64,000 bases of DNA from Dipteris shenzhenensis. Taxonomy: Eukaryota. Location of the stretch: assembly GCA_047967505.1 (NCBI GenBank), contig CM106538.1; one strand, written 5' to 3'. The notes beneath the pieces are model-generated. The model worked only from the letters and a program-made list of their open reading frames with translations, was not told the DNA's origin and searched no databases. This document shows positions 27,509 through 39,159 of the stretch, piece after piece. How positions within the stretch are numbered: position 1 is the first letter of the stretch; each line of letters begins with the position of its first letter. The position numbers and the translations under genes were made by a program.

Positions 27509-29430
27509 CACTCTCTCCTCTCTTTTTCTCTCTCTCTCTCTCACTTGCGCACTGCGCGTCTCTTCTTCTCTCTCGCTCTCCTACTCTCTCCCACTCTCTC
27601 CCACTCTATCTTTCTCTACTTTCTCTCCCACTCCCCTCTCTCTCTTTCTCTCTCATGCTGCCATGGTAGCGCGTCCCTCTCTTTCCCTCCCACTCTCTCT
27701 CGCTCTCCTACTCTTTCTCTCCTCTCTCTCCCACTTCCTCTCTCTCCCACTCCCTCTCTCGCGGTGCCCATGCCCCTCTCTCTCCCTCCCACTCTCTCTC
27801 TCTCTCGCTCTCCTCTCTCTCCCACTCCTCCCACTCTCTCTCTCTCTCGCGCCCCTCTCTCCCTCCCTCTCTCTCCCTCCCCACTCTTTCCCTCCCCCCC
27901 CTTGCGCTGCGCCTCCCCCCCTCTCTCTCTCCCCACTCTCTCTCTCCCCCCCCTCTCTCGTGTGCTACCGTGGTAGTGCGCCCCTCTCTCCCTCCCCCTC
28001 TCTCTCTCCCCCCTCCCGCTGTGCCTCCCCCCCTCTCTCTCTCTCTCCCCACTCTCTCTCTCCCCCCCTCTCTCTCTCACGCACTGCTGTGAGAGAGAGA
28101 GGGGGGAGAGAGAGAGGGGGGGAGGCCGCTGCCGCGAGACAGAGGGGGGGGAGAGAGAGAGTGAGGGGCGCGCTGTCATGGCAGCGCACGAGAGAGAGAG
28201 GGGGGGAGAGAGAGAGGGGGGGGAGGCCGTTGCCACGAGAGAGAGGTGAGAGAGAGTGAGGGGTGCACTGCCCCCCCCCTCCCCTCTCTCTCCCCCCCTC
28301 TCTCTCTCTCGTGCTACTGTGGCAGCGTGCCCCACTCTCTCTCTCCCCCCTCTCTCTCGTGACAGTGGCCTCCCCCCTCTCTCTCTCTCCCCACACTCTC
28401 TCTCCCCCCCTCTCTCTCTCTCACGCTGCCGCGGTAGTGTGCCCTTCACTCTCTCTCTCCCCCCTCTCTCTCGCGGTAGCGGCCTCCCCCCCTCTCTCTC
28501 TCCCCACTCTCTCTCTCCCCCCTCTCTCTCTCACATGCTGCCGCGGTAGCGGCAGCGTGCCCCTCTCTCCCTCTCCCTCTCTCTCCCCCCCTCGTGCTGC
28601 GCCTCCCCCCCTCTCTCTCTCGTGCGTTGCCGCCGTAGCGTGCCCCTCTCTCCCCCCCTCTCTCCCTTCCCACTCTCTCTCTCCCCCCTCGTGCTATGCC
28701 TCCCCCCCCCTCTCTCTCTCCCCACTCTCTCTCTCCCTCCCCTCTCTCTCTCGCGTGTTGCCATGGCAGCGCACCCCACTCTCTCCCTCCCTCTCTCTCC
28801 CCCCCTCTCTCTCTCTCTCCATCCCGTTGGGCCTCCCCCCCTCTCTCTCTCTCCCCCTCTCTCTCTCGCGGTCTCTCTCTCTCCCTCTCGGCACTCCTTT
28901 CTCTCTCTCTCTCTCCCTTCTTTTCTCTCTCTCTCTCTCTCTCTCTCTCCCTCTCGGTACTCCTTTCTCTCTCTCTCCCCCTCCCTCTCTCGCGCTCTCT
29001 CTCCTTTCCCTCTCTCCCTTTCTCTCTCTCACCTCTCTCTCCCTCTCATCTCTCCCATCTCCCGCAGCCCTCTATCACTCTCTCTCCCTCTATCTCTCTC
29101 ACATCTCTCTCCTCTCGTGTGGTCTCTCTCTCTCTCTCTGTCTCACGAATCTCTCCCTCCCTCCCTCTCTCTCTCCTCTCACGGCCCCCCTCTCTCTCTC
29201 TCCTCTCGCGCGGCCCTCCCCTCTCTCTCTCTCTTTTACCTCTCACCCTCTCTATCTCTAAACGTCTCTCCTCTCTCTTTCTCTCTCTCTCTAAAAGTCT
29301 CTCCTCTCTCTCCCTCTCTCTTTCTCCCTCTCTCTCTCTTTTGTTGCCGAGGCAGCAAGACTCTCTCTCTTATAATCTCTCTCTAAAAGTCTTTCCTTCA
29401 CATTTCTCTCTCTCTAAGTTCTCTCTCTAT
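27230..29430. repeat. CT/GA-rich micro/minisatellite with an internal inverted segment
   Basis: Near-pure pyrimidine plus strand with short GC-rich spacers; 28090-28260 is the same unit in reverse orientation. Confidence 0.95.
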
Positions 29431-29669
29431 AATAAAATTTCAAAGAATACAAATTAAAAAAAAAGTACTTGGAAAAAAGTTGAGATCTATGCTTGTGCTT
29501 GCTTTTGCTCTTCCTCCTCTTTTTGCTTCTCCTCTTGCTCTTCCTTGTTGAAATGAGAGAAACAATGAGAGAAGGAGAGTATATATAAGAAAAACCAGGG
29601 TTTTAAGTGCTTCTCTCTCATTGGTCCTTCTATATCATTATCTCCTCTCCCATTGGCCTCTCCATTAGA

Positions 29670-30575
29670 TTATCTTCTCTCCCTCTCCCACCCACTCCCA
29701 TCCTCCCACCCCATTCCCACTCCCACCCCCATCCTCCCACCCCACCTCCCCCATTCCCACTCCCTCTCCCACTCCCACACCCATGCCCATTCTTCCACCT
29801 TCCCCATTCCCACTCCCTCTGCCACTCCCATCCTCCCACCCCACCCCTCCCACTCCCACTCCCATTCTCCCACCCTCACCCCACCCCCATCTCCCCCATT
29901 CCCACTCCCTCTCCCACTCCCACTCCCATTCTCCCACGCACTCCCATCCTCCCACTTCCACCTCTCACTCCCACTCCCATCCTCCCACCCCCACCCCTCC
30001 CCCCCCCATTCCCACTCCCACTCCTATTCTCCCACCCCTTTCCTCCCACCTCACCCCTCCCACTCCCATCCTCCCACTCCCTCTCCCACTCCCACGCCCA
30101 ATTTACCACCCCCACCTCCCCCATTCCCACTCCCTCTCCCATCCTCCCACCCAACCCCTCCCACTTCCACCCCCACCTCCCCCATTCCCACTCCCTCTCC
30201 CACTCCCATCCTCCCACCCCACCCCTCCCACTCCCACCCCCACCTCCCCCATTCCTACTCCCTCTCCCACTCCTATCCTCCCACTCCCCACCCCTCCCAA
30301 TCCCACTCCCATCCTCCCACCCTCACCCCACCCCTACCTCCACCATTCCCACTCCCTCTCCCACTCCCACTCCCACTCCCATTCTCCCACCCCGACCCCC
30401 ACCTCCCCCATTCCCACTCCCTCTCCCACTCCCACTCCCACTCCCATCCTCCCACCCCCACCCCCACCCCCACCGCCCCCATTCCCACTCCCTCTCCCAC
30501 TCTCCCTTTCTCCCACTCTCCCTTTCTCCCACTACCACCCTCCCAACTCCCACTCCCATTCCCACATTCCTATTA
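29670..30575. repeat. (CCCACT/CCCATT)-type C-rich minisatellite
   Basis: About 900 bp with almost no G on the plus strand; the minus strand reads as GGGAGT-like repeats. Confidence 0.95.
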
Positions 30576-30647
30576 TCAATTCCACTACTACTTATGAATT
30601 CTAATTAAAACTATTACTTAAATAAATGATATTACTGAAAACACTCA

Positions 30648-31575
30648 TAGGATTTAAGGTTTAGGATTTGGTGGTTTGGGTTTAGGGTTTGGGGTTTGAT
30701 GAGCTAGGGTTTAGGGTTTGTGAGTTAGGAATTAGGCTTTGTGAGTTAGGGTTAGGGTTTAGGGTTTGTGAGTTAGGGTTTAGGGTTTGGTGGTTTGGAT
30801 TTAGGGTTTGAGGGGTAGGGTTTAGGGTTTAGGGTTTAAGGTTTGGGAGTTAGGGTTTAGGGTTCAGGGTTTGAGGGTTAGGGTTTAAGGGTTAGGGTTT
30901 AGGGTTTGGTTGTTTGGGTTTAGGGTTTAGGGGGTAGGGTTTAGGGTTTAGGGTTTGGGGGTTAGGGTTTAGGATTTAGGGTTTAGGGTTTAGGGTTTGA
31001 GGGGTTAGGGTCTAGGGTTTAGGGTTTGGGGGTTAGGGTTTAGGGTTTAGGGTTTGGGAGTTAGGGTTTAGGGTTTGGGTGTTAGGGTTCAGGGTTTAGG
31101 GTTTGGGAGTTAGGGTTTAGGGTTTGGGAGTTAAGATTTAGGGTTTTTATTGGTTAGGGTTGAGGGTTTAAAGAGTCAAGATTAACATTTATTGTTTAGG
31201 GATTAGGGATTATGAGTTAGGGTTTAGGGATTAGAGTTTACGAGTTTAGGTTTAGGTATTAGGGTTTAGGGTTTAAGGGTTAGGGTTTAGGAATTAGAGT
31301 TTTAGGATTAGGATTTTGGGATTAGGGATTAGGGGTTAGGGTTTACAGATTAGGATTTAGGGGTTTAGGATTTAGATTTAGGAATTAGGGTTAAGGATTT
31401 AGGGCTTAGGGTTTAAGGGTTTAGGAATTAGGGATTAGTGTATAGAATTTAGGGTTTAGAAATTACGGGTTAGGGTTTAGGGTTTAGGAATTAGGGTTTA
31501 TGGTTTCAAGGGTCAAATTAGGGTTTAGGGTTTGGGGGTTAGGGTTTAGGGTTTAGGGTTTAGGGTTTAGGGTTT
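30648..31575 (+). repeat. Interstitial telomeric array (TTTAGGG)n, degenerate
   Basis: About 930 bp of TTTAGGG and variants, with near-perfect units at the right end. Confidence 0.95.
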
Positions 31576-31667
31576 GATTAAATTTTTAAACAAGATCTAG
31601 ATTTTTAAATCATTAATAAAGTAGATTATTGAGAAGAGACTAATGTTCTTTATAATGGTTGTTACAG

Positions 31668-34600
31668 CTTGTTTGCAAAGGAAACTCACAAAGGAGATGG
31701 CTACAAAATTTATTCTGGGGATGGACGTGATTCTATGTTGCAAAAGAGAAGTAGTTGCATTTGCTACAATCCATGAAAGTGATCCAAATTCTATTTATCA
31801 CTTTAGAAGACTTGGCAAAGATAAGGTGGCGGTTATCGTATCAAGGATTCTTAGTGCACATGTTGAGCTAAAGCATAAGTGTGGGGATATGGACATCCTT
31901 GGAGATGTTATGCCCTATAATACTTCCAACAAAGCATTTATTGCATGGGACAGAGATGAGGCTTATCCAACACATGTCATCAGGAATACAAAGTGCATAT
32001 CTTTGGATTTTAGAGTGGGAGATATTTTACAAATGTTATCATTTGCAAATAACAATGTAGCAGAAGGTCAAGTCTTAGGATTTGAACAAGTGGAACACTG
32101 GACATTTGTGCAGACGAGAATTCAAAAAGTTACTGATGATGGTATGGATGATAACTCAATGTCATTGGATGGTCCCTACTATGAGGTAGGTAAGGATTTG
32201 AGATGGAGCATGCAATTTTTAAAGATTGGAAAGACTCGGCATGTGGTTTTTAATGATAAACATAACTACAACATCAAAGAATTGAAAGAATATGCCAATG
32301 TACCAAGCTCTATTCCTTCAGAGATGGATGATTCCAATGCACTCAACTATAGCACTGACGTCTTATCAGAAGTCGATGAGTTCATTGGTACCGAGAAAGA
32401 AAAATATTTCACAAGTGATGCCTTATCCGGGGTGGGTGGATGAGTTCATGCACATTGAGAACTTGGGCAAAGATGTCAAAAGTGATATATTTTCAAGCAT
32501 GGATGGCTTCATGGATACTAATAAAGTTCTTGGAGTCAAACCAAGTAACTATGGAAATCATGCACGATAGTATAATGAGTGATGTTCTCTCTGGAGTAGA
32601 GGAGTTTCAAGACTATGGAGTTATGAAATCCATAGAAAGTGCATCAATGAGTGACGTTCTCTCAGGAATAGATGAGTTTGAAGATCATTCTGGACACTCT
32701 ATCACCACTGACTATGGAGTTATGAAATCCATAGAAAGTGCATCAATGAGTGATGTTCTCTCAGAAATAGATGAGTTTGAAGATCATTCAGGACACTCTA
32801 ATGCCATTGTGACAAGTGGTTCTACGATTGTATCAAAAGTAGGGATGAGATCAACAAAGGACTATTCAGTATTTGACTTTGATTGTGAAATAGTTAATGT
32901 TACAAATGGTTTGACGAATGTATCAAAAGCAAGGATGACATCAACAAAGGAATATTTAGTATTTGACTATCAGAGTGATAAGATCAAGGATGCAACATCT
33001 CATGAAAACAATGTGACAAATAAATCTTACAAGGAGAACTACACAAATCCAAATAAGAATGTACAGAAGGTCCCAAAACGGACATACAAATGCATGAAAA
33101 GACAACGAGTCTAGGCAGATCCAGAAAAGCAACCAAAGAGAATAAGAGTAATGAATGAAGATGTTATGCTAAAAGCAATGCGATCTACATGCTGTAAGCA
33201 TACATGTATGCGATCCATTAACTTACATGACATCAAGGGTTGTAGAGAACATGTCTGGCAAAGGAAAGGAAGTAGAAGAAATGAATACCTACTCATGAGA
33301 TTGTCTTGCTTTCTTGTAAATGATAAGAGAAGGCGAAGTTCAGGACAGCAGATAAGGCCTTTTATAAATGGAAAAAGTATTTGCAATAATACATATCGCA
33401 TTATTACACGATTATCACATGGCACATATTGGAATTTGGCTAATAAAGCAAATTATGGAGTTAAATTTAACATTCATGGAAACATAGGAAGGCCCAAAAC
33501 AAGAGCCTCAACGGTTGTGGCAATAGCAATTTTGAAAGATTACATTTATGAAAATGCTTTACCGCAACCCCACCTATCAGAAATTCATCTTCTGATAGGT
33601 TTGACCAAAAAAGAAGTATTTAACTCTATTGGAGAAACACAGAGGCAAAGAGGGCATGCACCGGCATCTTTTCATACTTTGTATACTCTTTGGAAAAAAA
33701 GCTTTGGACATGTTAAAATCCCAAAGAGGCAAAAAATGTCAAAGTGCAACGACTGTGATGATCTAAAGTGAGCACTTGAGAGTGCAACATCTCTAGAACA
33801 AAAAGAAGCTTACAAAAAAAAGAGAGAATTTCATTATGGACTTGTTTGACATTCTAGAATAAAATATGCATTTTGGAAGGAGCAAGCTATTTCTCACCCA
33901 AATGAGTACATGTGCATTATTGTAGATGGTATGGATCAAAATACAACAACATTACCTCGATTCGTTAACACTCCACCTAAGCTACAAGGCAAATACTTTT
34001 TAAAGACACATCTATGTGGAGTGTTAGTGCACAGATTTAAGTTTTTTGCAGACATATGGATTGATTCCTTGCATCTACATGATAGCAATCAAGTGTAACA
34101 TCCGTTATGAAGGTAATTCACAATGTACATGCAGAAAAAGGTCACCTACCAGCAACTTTGAGAGTACAAGCAGACAATTGCGGACGAGAGAATAAGAATG
34201 TACTCTTCTTTGCATTTTGCTCAATGCTAATCGCTCATAGAATCTTCAATGATATTGAAGTTGGGTTTTTGTTGGTTGGGCACACACATGAGGATATCGA
34301 TCAGGTATTTAGCACAGTTTCAGGAGAACTAAAACACAAGGACATGGAGACGATGGATGACTTGATAAAAAAATGTGGGAGGAAAGTTGGTGGCCATAAG
34401 GAAGGAACAATATGCTCAATGGTTGAGAGGATGTATGATTGGAAGAGCTTTATTCTACCTTTCATACAAAAAGGTGGTGATGCCCTGATAGGTCATAGCG
34501 CTCCACACTATTTTTGCTTTTTCTTAAAGGATGAAAAACCAGTGATGCAATGGCAACACTATTCTCTTGATACAAAATGGGAACCTGAAGAACCTTACTC

Positions 34601-35393
34601 TCTCTTAACTTCAATCCCGAGCAAAGAAATGCATCCAACATGGGCTCCTATAAAAGAATTCAGCGAGAAATCCAAAGGTGAAATAGAAGGCTTAAAAGCT
34701 TTTATTACATACAAAGAGGAAATGCTCTGGAGATTTCCTGATTGGAAGCCCTCTTGGAAGGAACACACTATTGTTGTAATTAGCAAGACCCACCAATTGA
34801 TAAAGGACCTTGCAAAAATACGAGAAGATGATATTAAGATAGAACGGCCTTTATTTTGGCCAAATGTTGGTAATGACTTGCGTCCAGCATGTGGTCTCTT
34901 TGAAAATGAGTTTGAATCGTTGCTCCCACGTCCATATTGTGGACCCAAGAAGGGAGAGTTTATGCCACAAATAGACATAGATGTCCATTGTTTTGTTGCA
35001 GTTCGACCATCGGATGATGAACATGAGAACGTGAAGTTTTGGGTTGCGAAAGTAGTTGACGTGAGCATGGATGACCAGGGGAGAGCTACAACATTTACAT
35101 CGGTATGGTATGAGCCAAGGGGTAGGAAGGAGAACCAAGATAACAGTACATTGTATAGTAGTTGTCTGAAAAAGGAATGGGTCCCAAACCATGATGCAAT
35201 TTCAAGACTTTCCACAGAGACAATCATAGTATCCTGGAAATCAAGGTCAAAGAAAACAAAGAAGCACATGGGGTATGATGTAGAAGACAAAATAAAATTA
35301 CCGCAACCAATTATTACGCACATTATAGAGTTCATAAAGATGCTCACCCAGGAGGAAGTAGAAGGAGATAGCGCAAATGAAGAATGCCCATGA
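31668..35393 (+). pseudogene. Sola-like DDD/E transposase pseudogene, copy 2 (~1,200 aa if repaired)
   Basis: ORFs 31643-35393 join via a few stops and frameshifts. Motifs CCKHTC, KCNDC, IVDGMDQ, QADNCGRENKN, GHTHEDIDQVFS, C-terminal FWVAKV...WYEP. Confidence 0.85.
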
Positions 35394-36142
35394 TAACACC
35401 ATTCAAATATCGAGCAAGAGTGAAGGTGGTGGTGGTAGTCAGATGAGAGTGAATGAAGATGGCACCCAAGCGACAAGTGATGATAGAAAGGACATTCTGA
35501 ACAAGCAAATGTTTGGATCGCTCATTTCTATGATCATGATAGAAAAGGACATTCAAACAAGCAAATGTTTGGATCGCCCATTTGTACTAAACTCATTGTA
35601 AAGGAAAAATTAAATTATTGAAAAGGCCACAAGAGATCCTTTGTACAAAGACTCATCCAGAGCAATATTTGTTGTAAAACTTATGACATGATAATGTAAA
35701 ATTGCAAGCATAGCCATTGCTATTTTTTGGAGTACAAAAGAGGCTTCCATCATGTTTCATGTCTATATAAACCTTTTAATTTCTTGAATATTCAAGAGTG
35801 TTATAGTTTTCTGCATTGAAAGTAAAAAGAGTCTTACAGGTCTCTTATGTATACAATTTTAAAATGTTGTGAATCCTCAATAGCATGGTTTTTCATGGAT
35901 TTAAACTAATAACTCAGATTTTTTATTTTAAGAATATGATTCTTATAAACAAGAAATACAAATTTAGGATTTAATAGTAGTTTTTGCATTATTTGTACAA
36001 CATTGTAGAGAGATATTTTGAAATGTATTATGTGAAAATGATAGTGCCAGAAAGTAAACTTTTGATTCTTGAATGACAATTTCATAAAGTAAACTTTTCA
36101 TTTGGGAAGGATTTTAAGGAATAGTCCAAAAGTAGACATATG

Positions 36143-36168
36143 AGTCCAAAATTAATAAAATAAGTGTT
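36143..36168 (-). repeat. Right terminal inverted repeat
   Basis: Followed by TSD GAAA; nearly the same end at 8421 and 63443. Confidence 0.9.
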
Positions 36169-36279
36169 GAAAGTAATTTTCAAGAGAGCATTACTCTAGG
36201 GGAAGTTGTGTAATTAAAGAAAGTATCATAGCGCACTTAGGCATTATGCTTTGGAAGTGTCTACATGTAAAAATCTAGG

Positions 36280-36785
36280 TCATGAGTGTATCCCAATGAG
36301 AAATAATCCTATATTGGTGCTTGCATCCAATTTGAACAACCTACCTTTTGGCAATAATTGTACAATCTGTAACCCTTGCTCAACCATTTGATTAATAAAG
36401 GCCAAATTCTTTGGGATAGAAGGCATATATAAGATATTTGACATCGATTTTCCTCTTGCCATTATGCATCACCAATAGCACACTACCAACACGAGTGATA
36501 GCATGCTGAATATCATTCTATGATATAATCATTTACTTTCATTGGTTTCATATGCTCAAACCACTCACCAAGCCAAGTCATGAGATTTAATGCTCCAGAA
36601 TCCATATGCCATGTTTTGTCACTGTCTCCATGTGTGATCATGGAGCCCACTATGTACTTCATGGCAAACAAATGATTTGTAGCATCATGTACTCTACCCC
36701 CTCTCAAATCATTTTGTTTGTGATAACAATCACGAGCGAAATGGCCAAACTTCCCACGATAATGATATTCCATATTTTGCATGGA
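36280..36785 (-). pseudogene. Ty1/Copia gag-knuckle / protease relic
   Basis: GKFGHFARDC (zinc knuckle), WHMDSGA (protease), ILYMPSIPKNL. Confidence 0.8.
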
Positions 36786-36789
36786 TGAT

Positions 36790-38450
36790 TGTTAGCCTTA
36801 CCAATGACCTCGTGACAAAAGATGAAGAGGGGAGAGGAGAAGAGTGGAGATGAGGAGAGAGGGCACAGCTAGAGAGCACACCATAAATGACTAACTATAC
36901 ACTACATTTAGTTGCAAATGTAGAATATATACAAACCCTTTTAGGGTTAGGTTTAGGGCATCTAACACTTTCCTTTTTAGCACTCTATATGTGTTAGTGC
37001 TATGCACATATGATCATATGATGTTGAGCACGGTTTTTCAACACCTTCCCTCAAGATCAACATCATGAAGTAGGCCTTCCCTCTAGATGATGATTCTGAG
37101 GAATCGAAGAAGGACTGAGCATTACATTCCATCACACCCCCTTAATGGGTATGTCCTTCCTCTGCATCAAACCAAGAGCTTATCGGTGCTTCTCAAACAA
37201 CTCTTTACCTAGTGGTTTGGTAAAGATGTCTGCAACATTTTCTTTGCTATCACAATGCTGCAGTGTGATGTCACTTAAGTAACACTCTTTCTCTGATGAA
37301 GTACTCTCTGACATCAATGTGCTTTGTCTTGGAGTGATACTATATTCTTGGCCAATGCTTGACTCGATTGATTATCACAGTATATTGTTGTTGGCTTTGA
37401 TTCATCAAAGTAGTGTGTTTTTGACAATAGCCTTCAAGAACCTGTAGTGAGTGCTCTATATGTTGCTTCAGTGGAAGACATAGAAACAGTTGTCTATTTG
37501 ACAAGCATGATATAGCATCTTGATCAAGGAAAAATGCATATCTATGAGTCGATCTCGTGGTCTCATGATCTCTGGCATAGTCAGATCCATGCAACCTTAG
37601 ATGACTTTCTCTGTATTGTATTCCAAACTGTCTTGTATCTTTGATGTATCTTAAGACTCTTTTGGTTGCATTCCAGTGAGATAGCTTTGGATTTGACATA
37701 AACTGTGCAAGTGAACTTATTGCATAACAAATATATGACCGTGTGATAGTCAGATATATAAGAGATCCAATGAGTTGTCGATAGTACCTGTCATTGACAA
37801 TAAGCTTTTTTGAATCTTTTGTAAGTTTCAAACTCTGTTCGCGATCGATGATGGGAGTGGATGCAATCTTGCAATCTATCATATGAAACTTCTTTAGGAG
37901 ACTGTCAACATATTTCAGTTAATTCATAAAGGTGCTGTCTGAATCTCTTCAGAACTCAATTCCAAGACAATAGTGAATAAGTCCAAGATCTTTCATGTTG
38001 AACTCTGCAAATAATTCTTGTTTCAATTTCTTGATGAATCTATCCTTGCTTCCGGTCACAATCACAGATCATCTACGTACAAAAGTGCAATAGTAATGTC
38101 TTCCCCTTAAACTTTGTAGTAAAGAGTATGATCTGCATTGGATTTCATGTATCCTAGATTAGCAAAATACTTGTTGATTCTGTTATACCAAATTTTGGGT
38201 TCTTGCTTTAAGCCATAGAGGCCTTTTTTTGAGATGGCAAACTTGATTCTCTTTTCCTGCTTCAACATTACTTGCTGGTTGGTGCATGTAGACTTCCTCC
38301 TCGAGGTAACCATTGAGAAAAGCATTCTTGACATTGAGTTGGTATACATTCCATCTGCTGAGTGTCACTAGTGATATCAAGAACTGTATGGAATCCATCT
38401 TTGCTACTAGAGCATAAGTCTCATCATAGTCTTGACCATATTGCTACCAT
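36790..38450 (-). mobile_element. Ty1/Copia RT-RNase H relic with PPT and probable 3' LTR
   Basis: QLNVKNAFLNG.LEEEVYM.QP, LYGLKQ.P..WY, YRQLIGSLIYLTITR; PPT-like TTAAGGGGG before TG near 37135-37145 on the minus strand. Confidence 0.85.
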
Positions 38451-39159
38451 GATGTTATGACAAGTGCATAACACAATGGATTGCAAAGCTAATTGGTTAG
38501 GCATGCAAATACCCAAATTGAAATATTTATGGAGCATTAAAAAAGTGTTGTGCCATTTTGATGATAATTGCAAGGAAAAACACATAGAATTATGGATTGT
38601 ATCTGCAAAAAAAACCCATGCCTCTAGCACAAGCCATTGTTTTCAAGCATCTTCTTACTTTAAAAAACAAAAAATGCATTTGCTTGGTTGTAGTAGAGAA
38701 CCCATTGTACCCAATCCTCATCACTCTCATCTAGTTGCTTTATTTTTCTAAAGGCCTTATGACACTTCTTTAAAATAACTTGTGTCATTTCCCATCAATG
38801 ATCCCAAATTGAAATGCACCATTTCAAGTAAAATCGAGCAATATGTTGGCAAAGTGCAAGCCTGTATGCAAATATTGGGCCTAATACAAGCATGCTAACT
38901 AATGAATAGAGCATGTATTAAATTATTGCACATTGTTGAGATCACCCAAATCTATGCTTGGTAAAGCTTTGCAGAGTTTTTCACGGGTCTCTTCCCAAGA
39001 ATCCTCTACTTCATTCTAGTTGTCTAGTAGTCCTCCAATCCTAAGCTTCTTTGAGTTGAGCAGCCTTTCAGCTTGCTCCTTTTCTTCCTTTTGTAGTCGT
39101 GTAGAGTTTAAGGAGCTCTTTACTTCTCCTTTCATCAAGATTCAAGAGTGCAGGGAATT

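Larger units (their letters stand above)
17634..36168 (+). mobile_element. Complete ~18.5-kb Sola-like DNA transposon, telomere-cassette subfamily (copy 2)
   Basis: Left AACACTTATTTCATTAATTTTGGACT (17634-17659) vs right AGTCCAAAATTAATAAAATAAGTGTT (36143-36168): 26-bp TIR, 1 mismatch. GAAA direct repeat at 17630-17633 and 36169-36172. Contains a DDD/E transposase. Confidence 0.88.

Noticed and set aside
27273-30608. Long Pro/Leu/Ser-rich or Arg/Glu/Gly-rich ORFs (extensin-like)
   Set aside because: Open in most frames only because CT- and C-rich repeats lack stop codons.
25847-31575. Telomere-telomere fusion scar or real chromosome end
   Set aside because: A fusion would read TTTAGGG then CCCTAAA; here the order is reversed, the repeats are degenerate, and both arrays lie inside a TIR/TSD-bounded element.
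34595-35476. 293-aa antisense ORF (also 6938-7558 and 61549-62194)
   Set aside because: Shadow of the transposase frame; its boundaries are not conserved among the three copies.
17634-36168. Classification as CACTA or Mutator because of the Ulp1-like and Tnp1-like domains
   Set aside because: Termini are AACAC...GTGTT with a 4-bp TSD (not CACTA with 3 bp, nor 9-11 bp), and the catalytic motifs are DGMDQ / DNC..ENKN / GHTHEDID.
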